A DNA stretch of 64,000 nucleotides from Heterodontus francisci (Eukaryota), in assembly GCF_036365525.1 (NCBI RefSeq), contig NC_090383.1, positions 120,406,531 through 120,470,530 of the forward strand, written 5' to 3'. Positions 13,683 to 26,000 of the stretch are shown here, one piece after another. Every line of letters begins with the position of its first letter. Positions within the stretch are counted from its first letter, which is position 1. Under the pieces are notes generated by a model. The model saw only the letters and a program-made list of their open reading frames with translations, was not told the origin of the DNA and did not search any database. Made by a program: the position numbers and the translations under genes.

Positions 13683-15359
13683 CTGTAAGTGTGAAAGTAT
13701 TTTCTCAACAAGCCTGATTCTGTTGTACTCATTAATCCCTGATTATCCGGACACTTACGAATATTTGTTCCTCTCATGTCCTGTAGATAATTCCCAGCAG
13801 AATGAACCAGGTAACATGGAGAGAGAAGAGCCAAACCTACTCTGGCCATAGAATCCCCATTGTTTCCCTCATCCCATCATTCCTTCCAACTTTTCCAACC
13901 AGCAGTTTGAAGGCTAGTACCCAGGTCATCCAGATAGTGAATAGGAAAGGAGTGAGCAGGGTGTGACACAAAGTACTAGTGCACAGGAGCAAGAGAATCA
14001 AGGGGATGGGTGTCACCCCCAAGTCAAGGACTATCAGACGTCCGCTCCTTGGCTGAGGAGCCTCAGGACCTGAGACTACCCGGCTTATAAACAAAGGATG
14101 TAACAGAGCATCACACCGATGTACAGGCACTGTGTGTGAATTGTATATTAATTGTGATTGATTTCCTGCACTCACTTCATAGAATCACAGAATCACACAG
14201 CACAGAAAGAGGCTATTCTTCCCATCACGCCTGTGCTGGATCTCTGAAAGAATGATCCAATTAGTTCCACTCCGCTGTTTCCCCACAACCCGGCGGAATT
14301 TAGAGTTGAATTTAAATGGGATGCAAAACCAATGGATTTTATCAAAGCCCCATATTTTATCACCTCACTGCTCTATGGCAGATTCAGCATTCCCACCAAA
14401 CTATCAGAATTTTAGAGTATTTGACTTTGCTAGCTGCAGTCATTAACAATCTCTCCGCCTGCCGTCTCATAAGCAGTGACTGCCAGGGAACAATAACAGG
14501 GCTGTTGGGAATTGGGGGGTCATGGGTCAGCACTCTAGGTGTTAAGATGTCTTTTTCCTTTGGGTGCTGATCGGTGTGATGTATGTTTCCAATATTTTAC
14601 ACATTTATGTTAGACTTTCAGCACTTCAAGATTTTTTTATTTTTTCTCCCAATCTCTTTCCGTGTTTTACATCTCCGACCCCTTGATTCTGGAGTTTTTA
14701 TTCTGTGTATTTTCCCTGTGCCTTTTCACATGATGTTATTTCACATCCTTTTATTGTTTTAATTCCTTGTTGCCACAGGGAGATGATTTTCGTGTATCAG
14801 CTAGCTGTTTATACCTCTTTCCAGCTTCATTATAAACCTGTTGGTGGGTCACTGAACCAATGAGTTGCCTCTTTGTGACCAGTGTTGACCCTTAGCTCTC
14901 TCTCTCTCCGCCTGTTCCCCACTTCATTGCGTTGAGTCTAAGAGCAGTTTGTTCTTTTTCCACTCTATTAAGGGCCTATGCACAAAACATAAACCAGGTC
15001 TTTCTCTGTACGGATGTCGATTAGCCTGTTCTGTATTTCTGGCATTCAGTTTTATTTTGGATCTTTTTATTTTTATTATTGAATAGCATCAGACTAATTC
15101 CCTGTGGTAGTTTTTTTCTGCACAGTTGCTGTGGGAATGGTTGAGAGAGACATTTCTTTAGACGTCTTCCCTGTGGTTATCTGCAAAGTTACAGGAAATG
15201 AATGGTGGTGAGTTTGTTACTGGATATACTCGGCATTGTTTTTGGAAGGAAAGAGCTCAGTGTCCAATTGGCTTTGTCTAATCTCATAGCTTTTGTGTTC
15301 TTCTACTCAATACAGTGCAGTTCATGTGACTCTGCCAGTGTTCACTAACATTCACTTAC

Positions 15360-15706
15360 TGGTTACATTGAGCTGGGTCCCTGCTCCATAGATGTAGCTC
15401 CACACACTGCAGCTGTAGGCAGCTGTATCATTGAGGGTCACATTCACAATGGTCAGAATGTAACTGTTACTGGTGATATTCCTGGACGGTTGAAAACGGT
15501 TGTGGACACCATGGGACCTGGTAATGGTGCCATTCACAAACTGGCTCATCATCCAAAAGCTGATGTTCCCAGGTCACTGCTGTGTCAGTGGACATCAGTG
15601 TCACTCACACTGGCATGGTATATGGCACATTGTAACTCAACAGTTTCACCTTCTACCACCTTGCTAACTTGTGGATGCTGAATAAGGATTGGGTCCAGCA
15701 TTGGTC
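15360..15706 (-). pseudogene. Germline-joined VJ-type Ig V-set exon, disabled
   Basis: Acceptor caacag, donor a|gtaagt. Reads GPMLDPILIQHPQVSKVVEGETVELQCAIYHASVSDTDVH*...PGNISFWMMSQ...RFQPSRNITSNSYILTIVNVTLNDTAAYSCSVWSYIYGAGTQLNVT. Canonical Trp codon is TGA (15587-15585), there is a 1-nt deletion (347 nt), a second TGA (15576-15574) and YYC->YSC. Confidence 0.9.
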
Positions 15707-16398
15707 CTGTTGATATTTAAAAGAATCAAAAATGATAATATAACTTGAAGCAAACCTTCTCCTGCTTAATCATCGAATCATACAGCACAGAAGGGGGCCA
15801 TTATGCCTATTGTGTCTGTGTCTGCTCTTTGAAAGCAATATCCAGTTAATTCCAGTCCCCGTGCCCTTTCCCCATAGCTTTGCAAATTTCTCCTTTTCAA
15901 GTATTTATCCCATGCCCTTTTGCAAGTTAATATTAAACGTGCTTCCACCATGTTTTCAGGCAGTGCATTCTACATTACAACAACTCGTTGCATAAGGAAA
16001 TTGATCTACATTGCACCCCTAACTTTTTATCAATTACTTTAAATCTGTGTCCTTTGGTTACCGACCCTCCTGCCAGTGGAACTGCTTCTCACTAACTACA
16101 TAAAAACCCACATAATTTTGAACACCTGAATTAAATCTTCCCTTAAACTTTTCTGATCTGAGGAAAAAAATTCCAGTTTTCAAGTGTAAAAATAAGGAAT
16201 GGCAAAGTCCACAAGTCTGGTATCAGCTACTTACAAAGTACTACTTGGTTAATGGGGATTTCTTTTAGTTTAGTTCTTGTAATAAAAGTCTTAAAATATG
16301 AAATCTTGCCCTGTAATTCCTTAAATTGGCCTGGGGAGCTCATCTCTCCTATTTTAACATGAACGGTCGAACTGAGGTCGTAACAACACAAAACTGAC

Positions 16399-16464
16399 GA
16401 GTGCTGAGTGACTACTCCACAGAATTACCAACAGTTTAACATATTTAAACAAGATATTGCACAT
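16399..16464 (-). pseudogene. Possible leader exon of the minus-strand VJ gene
   Basis: ATG-initiated MCNILFKYVKLLVILWSSHSAL followed by gtcagt; phase 0, whereas the V exon needs phase 1. Confidence 0.25.
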
Positions 16465-16817
16465 GGTTATTTCTCATTGAATTATATGAATTAAAAACAT
16501 TTCGCTAAAACTATTGAAAATTTATAATGCTTGGATAAGAAATAGATTTTGCATGAAAACCAGAAATAGCTGGAAACATTCAGCATCTCTGAAGCAAGGA
16601 AAATGGGGATAATGTTTTATGTTGATTACCTTTCATCAGAACAAAAAGTTGTTAACAGCTGAACAGTTTATAAGGAGGAACGGAACGAGGGAAAAATGGC
16701 CAGAAAGAAAAAAAAAGCAAAGTCTATGATTTTGCTCTCATAGCTGCCTACTGTAGCAGGGTAGAATGTAAGTCTAGAAAATATGCAGATGTTCCTTCTC
16801 GCCAGAACTTCGCTCAG

Positions 16818-17215
16818 TTTTTTTTTTATTCATTCATGGGATGTGGGCGTCGCTGGCCAGGTCAGCATTTATTGCCCATCCCTAATTGCCCCAACTGAGT
16901 GGATTGTTAGGCCATTTCAGAGGACATCTAAGAGTCAACCACATTGCTGTGGGTCTGGAGTCACATGTAGGCCAGACCAGGTAAGGACGGCAGATTTCCT
17001 TCCCTAAAGGACATTAGTGAACCAGATGGGTTTTTACAACAATCGACAATGGTTTCATGGCCATCATTAGACTAGTTTTTTAATTCCAGATTTATTAATT
17101 GAATTCAAATTCCACCTTCTGCTGTGGTGGGATTTGAACCCATGTCCCCAGGGCAATACCCTGGGTCTCTGGGTTACTAGTCCAGTGACAATACCACTAC
17201 GCCACCTCCTCCCCT
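16818..17215 (-). mobile_element. tRNA-derived SINE (family B) whose 3' tail matches the LINE at 58640-61060
   Basis: Tail gggcaataaatgctg...ccagcgacgcccacatcccatgaatgaataaaa; other copies at ~31450-31897 (-), 45058-45440 (+), 47430-47700 (+), 49715-50070 (-). Confidence 0.75.
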
Positions 17216-19149
17216 GTCAGTTTGTGCCTGACAGTTTTCAATGGGCAGGACCAGTCGTGGCAGAAGCTACCGATCCATCTGATTCTGGGAGTACTAAATA
17301 GTCCCAATGTCCGTTTCTTGATTCAAGGAGGGCTGAGGAGTCCCAGCAACCTTTATTCCCGTTTGACGCAGGCTGGATAATTCGGGCCACAACACTGATA
17401 TGACGCTGATCAATATAACAACACTGATACGGCACTGATCAATATAACAACACTGATACGGCACTGATCAATGCTGCAACTGACATCTGAATGATTGTCA
17501 TGGCCACTGTCTCCAATGCCTGTCAAACATTAGGATCCTGCTAAGTCAAAATTTCCTTTTCCAAAAAAGCTAAATGAAAAGGTATAACTGAAGCCTTCCT
17601 CTTCAACTCAACAAACATCTACATGTCACTAACCTACCCAGACACAACCCTCGCAGAGATTGGAACTTTGTTGAATTGCTTGAACTGAAGTTTAGCTTTT
17701 TGCCCACAGCTGCTCCATCACCAGGATCAGTTTATTCTATGTCCTACCTCAACATTTTCCTTCTGCTGTCTTTGCTACTTTAAGGCTCAGTTTCTCTTAC
17801 ACCCCTCGTGCCAACCTCCCCAACTCATTGCAACACAAAAACATGACAGCCTGCACGTTCATCTATTCCAAAACCTACACATTCATCACATCTTCCTTTG
17901 CCAAGTTCCTCCGGCTCCCTGTACCCAAGTGAATTGAATTTAAGATCTTGGCCGCAAAATACATCTCTATAACTCCCGACTTTTGGCTACAGGCGCCAGG
18001 AGATGAGAAAAATGAACTTTCTCCTCCTTTTCACCTCCTCACTAACTAAGCTGCCCAATGCTGTATCTGAGAATCTAGGAGCCTCTCTCTGATCTGCTAT
18101 TGTATTGTTCTGGTTTCTTCCTGCTCAGAAAGTCTTCCCCTCCATATCCAGCACCTGCTGCAGGCAGAATGCACTTTCCATTTACAGAGGTGCAGACTAG
18201 CTTTAAGTATTGTTAGCCTTGTATAAACCTGGGCCCCCCGCTATGTGTGCAGCCACTCAGCAACATGTTTAGCACTGGGCTGCATGCCACAATCACAGGG
18301 ATGAGGAGGCAGCAAGAAGGTCACTTCTATTGGGGGTGGGATAATCTTGCATCACGATCACTGTGCGCTCTAACTGGGCTGATCACATTTTTAGTCCTTT
18401 TGTTTAAAATCCTTCACCCTTTGTTCATCAGAGATTGCCAATAGTTGTGCATTCTTGTGCGTGCCTTTCAATCCTCTCAAATTACCGACATCTTGTTCCC
18501 CACCACCTCCATTCCACCATTGATAGCTGCTGCCTCGTCCTCTGGAATTATCTCCTTTGGCACCTCTACCATTTCATCTCCCCCATTGCTGCTTACAGTT
18601 TGTAGCCCATCTTTCTCATTCATTGTCTTCGGGAGCCTGCATACCATTTTTCTCTTCAATCATGCTTTCACCTAACATCCTCCCTATATCCCATTATGCC
18701 AGCTAGTTGAAGTCTACTCTTCCCAATGCTTTCGAAGCTCATTGAGACATTTCTCTGCATATGAGGAGTGCTGGGAAATTGGAGGTTGTCAGATAAGCCC
18801 ACTTTTAACACATGTATGATACAGATATTGACCACATCCTCAAAAGATATCTGACCACAGTATGCTCATGGTAGAGTGGTAGAGGGATTTGAAGAGATAC
18901 AGAGGAAAGAGGTTTTAATAAAGTACTGACTTAGGGAAGGAGGACAGAGTTAGAAAAGCAATCAGATACAATGGCGCCGTATCTTAATCAGGGCTGGAAG
19001 AGCCCTTGTTGTGGGAAGGATTTCTGGCTGGGAAACCCAGGTGTCCCACTCAATGTGCAGAAATTAACCATATCTTTTAAACATCTTCCACAGACTTCCT
19101 GACCATCAGCCAGCCGGATCGACAGGCCTGGGTAACTGACATTTCAGAG

Positions 19150-19970
19150 GGGATGGCACCATGGGGAGTGCAGGGGGTTGTAGAGGGGAAGGCACCATGG
19201 GAAGTGTGGGGGGATTGCAGAGGGCAAGGCACCATGGGGAGTGTGGGGGGATTGCGGAGGGCAAGGCAGCATGGGGAGTGCGGGGGGATTGCGGAGGGCA
19301 AGGCACCGTGGGGAGTTGCAGAGGGGAAGGCACCATGAGGAGTGCGGGGGGTTGTAGAGGGGAAGGCACCATGGGGAGTGTGGGGGGATTGCGGAGGGCA
19401 AGGCACCATGGGGAGTGTGGGTGGATTGCGGAGGGCAAGGCACCATGGGGAGTGCAGGGGCGTTGCGGAGGGCAAGGCACCATGGGGAGTGCGGGGGCGT
19501 TGCGGAGGGCAAGGCACCATGGCGAGTGTGGGGGGATTGCAGAGGGCAAGGCACTATGGGGAATGCGGGGTGTTGTAGAAGGCAAGACACCATGAGGAGT
19601 GTGGGTGGATTGCGGAGGGCAACTCCATGGGGAATGCGGAGTGTTGTAGAGGGCAAGGCACCATGGGTAGTGTGGGGGGGGTTGCAGAGGGCAAGACACC
19701 ATGGGGAGTGTGGGGGGATTGCGGAGGGCAAGGCACCATGGGGAGTGTGGGGGGATTGCGGAGGGCAAGGCACCATGGGGAGTGCGGGGGGGTTTTGCAG
19801 AGGGCAAGGCTCCATGGGGAGTGTGGGGGGATTGCGCAGGGCAAGGCACCATGGGGAGAGCAGGGGGTTGTAGAGGGCAAGGCACCATGGGGAGTGTGGG
19901 GCGGTTGCAGAGGGCAAGGCACCATGTGGAGTGCGGGGGGTGGTGTTGCAGAGGGCAAAGCACCATGGGC
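19150..19970. repeat. 36-37-bp G-rich minisatellite
   Basis: Unit ggcaccatggggagtgtggggggattgcggagggcaa, ~22 copies; explains all overlapping ORFs at 19077-20075. Confidence 0.95.
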
Positions 19971-20560
19971 CAAGGGATGTCAGAAGGAGAGGATATTATG
20001 GGGGGTGGAAACTGCAGAGGGGCCAGATCTAGTGGGGGTCCTGGTTACATGGAGGTAAACTTATTGGGTCTGTAGGAAATCAAGGTTGGAGCTAGGAGGA
20101 AGTGATGGATTTCACTGGCAAGATCTCTGACAATATTCCATTACACTTTGGGTGGGATTGCATTGGAGAAACAAGCCTTTCTTCTCAAGTTCATTTCTAC
20201 AGGCATTCACTCACTATCGATGAAGCAAAATATTGGCATGAAGTAGTCATTTAGGCCTGTGTTCAGGGTTAACTATAAAGCACTAATGCTGCTGATAAGA
20301 TCACTGAATATTAAATAACAGACTCTTCCTGGGTGAATTCAATAGGTGGGAACAAAATCATTGTACAGGGGGGCATTTCACTGGATCAGCACATCTTGCA
20401 ACCATAGAATGATAGAATGGGTGCAGCATAGAAGATGACCATTCGGCCCGTCCTGTCTGTGCACACTCTTTGCAAGTTCAACACAGCTAGTCCCACCAAC
20501 ACCCCCAACCGTTTCTCTTACTCTTCAGAGAACAATCCAATTCCCTTTTGAAAACCTTGA

Positions 20561-23000
20561 ATGAATCTGCCTCCACCACACTCTCAGGCAGTGCATTCCA
20601 GATCCTAAACACTCACTGAACCTGCCCCCACCACACTCTCAGGCAGTGCATTCCAGATCCTAAACACTAACTGAACCTGCCTCCACCACACTCTCAGACA
20701 GTGCATTCCAGATCCTAAACACTCACTGAACCTACCTCCACCACACTCTCAGGCAGTGCATTCCAGCTCCTAAACACTCACTGAACCTGCCTCCACCGTA
20801 CTCTCAGACAGTGCATTCCAGATCCTAATCACTCACTGAACCTGCCTCCACCACACTCTCAGGCAGTGCATTCCAGATCCTAAACACTCACTGAACCTGC
20901 CTCCACCACACTCTCAGATAGTGCATTCCAGATCCTCACAAACCTTATTGAGTTTTTTGACAAGGTGACCAAACAGGTGGATGAGGGTAAAGCCGTGGAT
21001 GTGGTCTATATGGATTTCAGTAAGGCGTTTGATAAAGTTCCCCACGGTAGGCTATTGCAGAAAATACAGAAGTATGGGATTGAAGGTGAATTAGTGCTTT
21101 GGATCAGAAATTGGCTAGCTGAAAGAAGACAGAGGGTGGTGGTTGATGGTAAATGTTCATCCTGGAGTATAGTTTCTAGTGGTGTACCGCAAGGATCTGT
21201 TTTGGGGCCACTGCTGTTTGTCATTTTTATAAATGACCTGGATGAGGGTGTAGAAGGGTGGGTTAGTAAATTTGCGGATGACACGAAGGTCGGTGGAATT
21301 GTGGATAGTGCCGAAGGATGTTGTAGGTTACAGAGGGACATAGATAGGCTGCAGAGCTGGACTGAGAGATGGCAAATGGAGTTTAATGTGGAAAAGTGTG
21401 AGGTGATTCACTTCGGAAGGAGTAACAGGAATGCAGAATACTGGGCTAATGGGAAGATTCTTGGTAGTGTAGATGAACAGAGAGATCTTGGTGTCCAGGT
21501 GCATAAATCCCTGAATGTTGCCACCCAGGTCAATAGAGCTGTTAAGAAGGCATATGGTGTGTTAGCTTTTATTAGTAGGGGGATCGAGTTTAGGAGCCAC
21601 GAGGTCATGCTGCAGCTGTACAGAACTCTGGTGCGGCTGCACTTGGAGTATTGCATGCAGTTCTGGTCACCGCATTATAGGAAGGATGTGGAAGCTTTGG
21701 AAAGGGTGCAGAGGAGATTTACTAGGATGTTGCCTGGTATGGAGGGAAGGTCTTACGAGGAAAGGCTGAGGGACTTGAGGTTGTTTTCGTTAGAGAGAAG
21801 GAGGAGAAGAGGTGACTTAATAGAGACATATAAGATAATCAGAGGGTTGGACAGGGTGGATAGGGAGAGCCTTTTTCCTCGGATGGTGATGGCAAACACG
21901 AGGGGACATAGCTTTAAGTTGAGGGGTGATAGATATAGGACAGATGTCAGAAGTAGTTTCTTTACACAGAGAGTAGTAGGGGTGTGGAACGCCCTGCCTG
22001 CAACAGTAGTAGACTTGCCAACTTTAAGGGCATTTAAGTGGTCATTGGATAGACATATGGATGAAAATGGAATAGTGTAGGTCAGATGGTTTCACAGGTC
22101 GGTGCAACATCGAGGGCTGAAGGGCCTGTACTGCGCTGTAATGTTCTATGTTCTATGTTCTAAACACTCACTGAACCTTCCTCCACCACACTCTCAGACA
22201 GTGCATTCCAGATCCTAATCACTCACTGAACCTGCCTCCACCGCACTCTGACAGTGCATTCCAGCTCCTAAACACTAACTGAACCTGCCTCCACCACACT
22301 CTCAGACAGTGCATTCCAGCTCCTAAACACTAATTGAACCTGCCTCCACCACACTCTCAGACAGTGCATTCCAGATCCTAAACACTCACTGAACCTGCCT
22401 CCACCGCACTCTCAGACAGTGCATTCCAGCTCCTAAACACTAATTGAACCTGCCTCCACCACACTCTCAGACAGTGCATTCCAGCTCCTAAACACTAACT
22501 GAACCTGCCTCCACCACACTCTCAGACAGTGCATTCCAGCTCCTAAACACTAATTGAACCTGCCTCCACCACACTCTCAGACAGTGCATTCCAGCTCCTA
22601 AACACTAATTGAACCTGCCTCCACCACACTCTCAGACAGTGCATTCCAGCTCCTAAACACTAACTGAACCTGCCTCCACCACACTCTCAGACAGTGCATT
22701 CCAGATCCTAAACACTAACTGAACCTGCCTCCACCACACTCTCAGACAGTGCATTCCAGCTCCTAAACACTAATTGAACCTGCCTCCACCACACTCTCAG
22801 ACAGTGCATTCCAGCTCCTAAACACTAACTGAACCTGCCTCCACCACACTCTCAGACAGTGCATTCCAGCTCCTAAACACTAATTGAACCTGCCTCCACC
22901 ACACTCTCAGACAGTGCATTCCAGATCCTAAACACTCACTGAACCTGCCTCCACCACACTCTCAGACAGTGCATTCCAGATCCTAATCACACACTGAACC
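20561..23000. repeat. Second array of the 55-bp CR1-derived minisatellite, split by a young CR1
   Basis: Same unit as 6123-9640 at 20561-20936 and 22161-23000, with private variants (ccagctcc, actaatt). Confidence 0.9.
20937..22160 (+). mobile_element. Young 5'-truncated CR1 LINE, intact RT C-terminal ORF (20965-22080)
   Basis: 371-aa uninterrupted ORF with YMDFSKAFDKV, GVPQGSVLGP, FADD; (ttctatg)n 3' tail. Confidence 0.95.
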
Positions 23001-26000
23001 TCTGTAACTGAGTTGCAGTGGAACCGAACCTCCCTCTGTAACTGAGTTACACTGGAACCAACACTCCCTCCTTAATGAGTTCCACTGGAACCAACCCTCC
23101 CTCTGAAACTGAGTTACACTGGAACCAACTCTCCTTCTGTAACTGAGTTACACTGGAACAAACCCTCCCTCTGAAACGGAGTTACACTGGAACCAACTCT
23201 CCTTCTGTAACTTAGTTACACTGGAACCAACCCTCCCTCTGAAACTGAGTTACACTGGAAACAACCCTCCTTCTGTAACGTACTTACACTGGAACCAACT
23301 CTCCTTCTTAAACTGAGTTACACTGGAACCAATCCTCCTTCTGTAACTGAGTTATACTGGAACCAATCCTCCTTCTGTAACTGAGTTACACTGGAACCAA
23401 GCCTCCCTCCGTAACTGAGATGCAGTGGAACCAGCCATCCCTTTGGAACTAAGTTACACTGGAAGCAACCCTCCCTCTGGAACTGAGTTACACTGGTACA
23501 AATCCTCCCTCGGTAGCTGAGATTCCCTGGAACCAACTCCCCTTCTGGAACTGAGTTACGCTGGAACCAATCCTCCTTCTGTAACTGAGTTACACTGGAA
23601 CCAATCCTCCTTCTGTAACTGAGTTACACTGGAACCAATCCTCCTTCTGTAACTGAGTTACACTGGAACCAATCCTCCTTCTGTAACTGAGTTACACTGG
23701 AACCAATCCTCCTTCTGTAACTGAGTTACACTGGAACCAATCCTCCTTCTGTAACTGAGTTACACTGGAACCAATCCTCCTTCTGTAACTGAGTTACACT
23801 GGAACCAATCCTCCTTCTGTAACTGAGTTACACTGGAACCAATCCTCCTTCTGTAACTGAGTTACACTGGAACCAATCCTCCTTCTGTAACTGAGTTACA
23901 CTGGAACCAATCCTCCTTCTGTAACTGAGTTACACTGGAACCAATCCTCCTTCTCTAACTGAGTTACACTGGAACCAATCCTCCTTCTGTAACTGAGTTA
24001 CACTGGAACCAATCCTCCTTCTGTAACTGAGTTACACTGGAACCAATCCTCCTTCTGTAACTGAGTTACACTGGAACCAATCCTCCTTCTGTAACTGAGT
24101 TACACTGGAACCAATCCTCCTTCTCTAACTGAGTTACACTGGAACCAATCCTCCTTCTCTAACTGAGTTACACTGGAACCAATCCTCCTTCTGTAACTGA
24201 GTTACACTGGAACCAATCCTCCTTCTGTAACGTACTTACACTGGAACCAACTCTCCTTCTTAAACTGAGTTACACTGGAACCAACTCTCCTTCTGTAACT
24301 GAGTTACACTGGAACCAACTCTCCTTCTGTAACTGAGTTACACTGGAACCAACTCTCCTTCTGTAACTGAGTTACACTGGAACCAACTCTCCTTCTGTAA
24401 CTGAGTTACACTGGAACCAACTCTCCTTCTGTAACTGAGTTACACTGGAACCAACCACCATCTCTGTAACTGAGTAGCACTGGAAAAACCCTTCCTCTGT
24501 AACTGACTTACACTGGAACCAACCCACCCTCCATAACTGAGTTACACTCAAACCGACCCCCCTCTGTAACTGAGTTACACTCGAACCAGCCTCCCTCTGT
24601 AACTGAGTTACACTGGAACCACCCCTCCCTCTGGAACTGAGTTACAGTGGAACCAATCCTGCCTCTGGAACTGAGTTACACTGGAACCAACCCGCCCTCC
24701 GTAACAGAGTTGCACTGGAATCAACCCTCCCTCTGGAACTGACTTACACTCAAACCGACCCCCCTCTGTAACTGAGTTACACTCGAACCAGCCTCCCTCT
24801 GTAACTGAGTTACACTGGAACCACCCCTCCCTCTGGAACTGTGTTACATTGGAACCAGCCCTCGCTCTATAACTGTGTTACAGTGGAACCAATCCTGCCT
24901 CTGGAACTGAGTTACACTGGAACCAACCCGCCCTCCGTAACAGAGTTGCACTGGAATCAACCCTCCCTCTGGAACTGAGTTACAATGGAACCAACCCTCC
25001 TTCCGTAACTGAGTTACACTGGAACCAACCCTGCCTCTGGAACTGAGTTACACTGGAACCAACCCTCCCTCTGTAACTGAGTTACACTGGAACCAACCCT
25101 CCCTCTGGAACTGAGTTACACTGGAACCAACCCTCCCTCTGGAACTGAGTTACACTGGAACCAACCCTCCCTCTGGAACTGAGTTAGACTGAAATCATCC
25201 CTCCCTCTGGACCTGAGTTGCACTGGAACCAACCCTCCCTCTGGAACTGAGTTACACTGGAACCAACCCATCCTCTGAAACTGAGTTACACTGGAACCAA
25301 CCCCCCCCCCCCTCCGTAACTGAGTTACACTGGAACCAACCCTCCCTCTGGAACTGGGTTACACTGGAACCAACTCTCCCTCTGGAACTGAGTTACACTG
25401 GAACTGTCCCTACCTCTGGAACTGAGTTGCACTGGAAGCAAGCCTCCCTCTGGAACTGAGTTACACTGGAACCAACCCTCCCTCTGTAACTGAGTTACAC
25501 TGGAACCAACCCTCCCTCCGTAACTGAGTTACACTGGAACCAACCCTCCCTCCGTAACTGAGTTACACTGGAACAACCCTCCCTCTGGAACTGAGTTACA
25601 CTGGAACCAACCCTCCCTCTGTAACTGAGTTACACTGGAACCAACCCTCCCTCCGTAACTGAGTTACACTGGAACCAACCCTCCCTCCGTAACTGAGTTA
25701 CACTGGAACAACCCTCCCTCTGGAACTGAGTTACACTGGAACCAACCCTCCCTCTGGAACTGAGTAACTCTCAAACCAACCCTCCCTCCGTAACTGAGTT
25801 ACACTGGAACCAACCCTCCCTCCGTAACTGAGTTACACTGGAACAACCCTCCCTCTGGAACTGAGTTACATTGGAACCAACCCTCCCTCTGGAACCAACC
25901 CTCCCTCTGGAACCAACCCTCCCTCTGGAACTGAGTTACACTAGAACCAACCCTCCCTCTGTAACTAAGTTACACTAGAACCAACCCTCCCTCTGGAACT

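Noticed and set aside
13837-14175. Hydrophobic 112-aa ORF as the TM exon
   Set aside because: No convincing phase-compatible splice pair; 10822-10953 is a much better TM exon.
19077-20075. Multiple overlapping ORFs on both strands
   Set aside because: All come from the 36-37-bp minisatellite.
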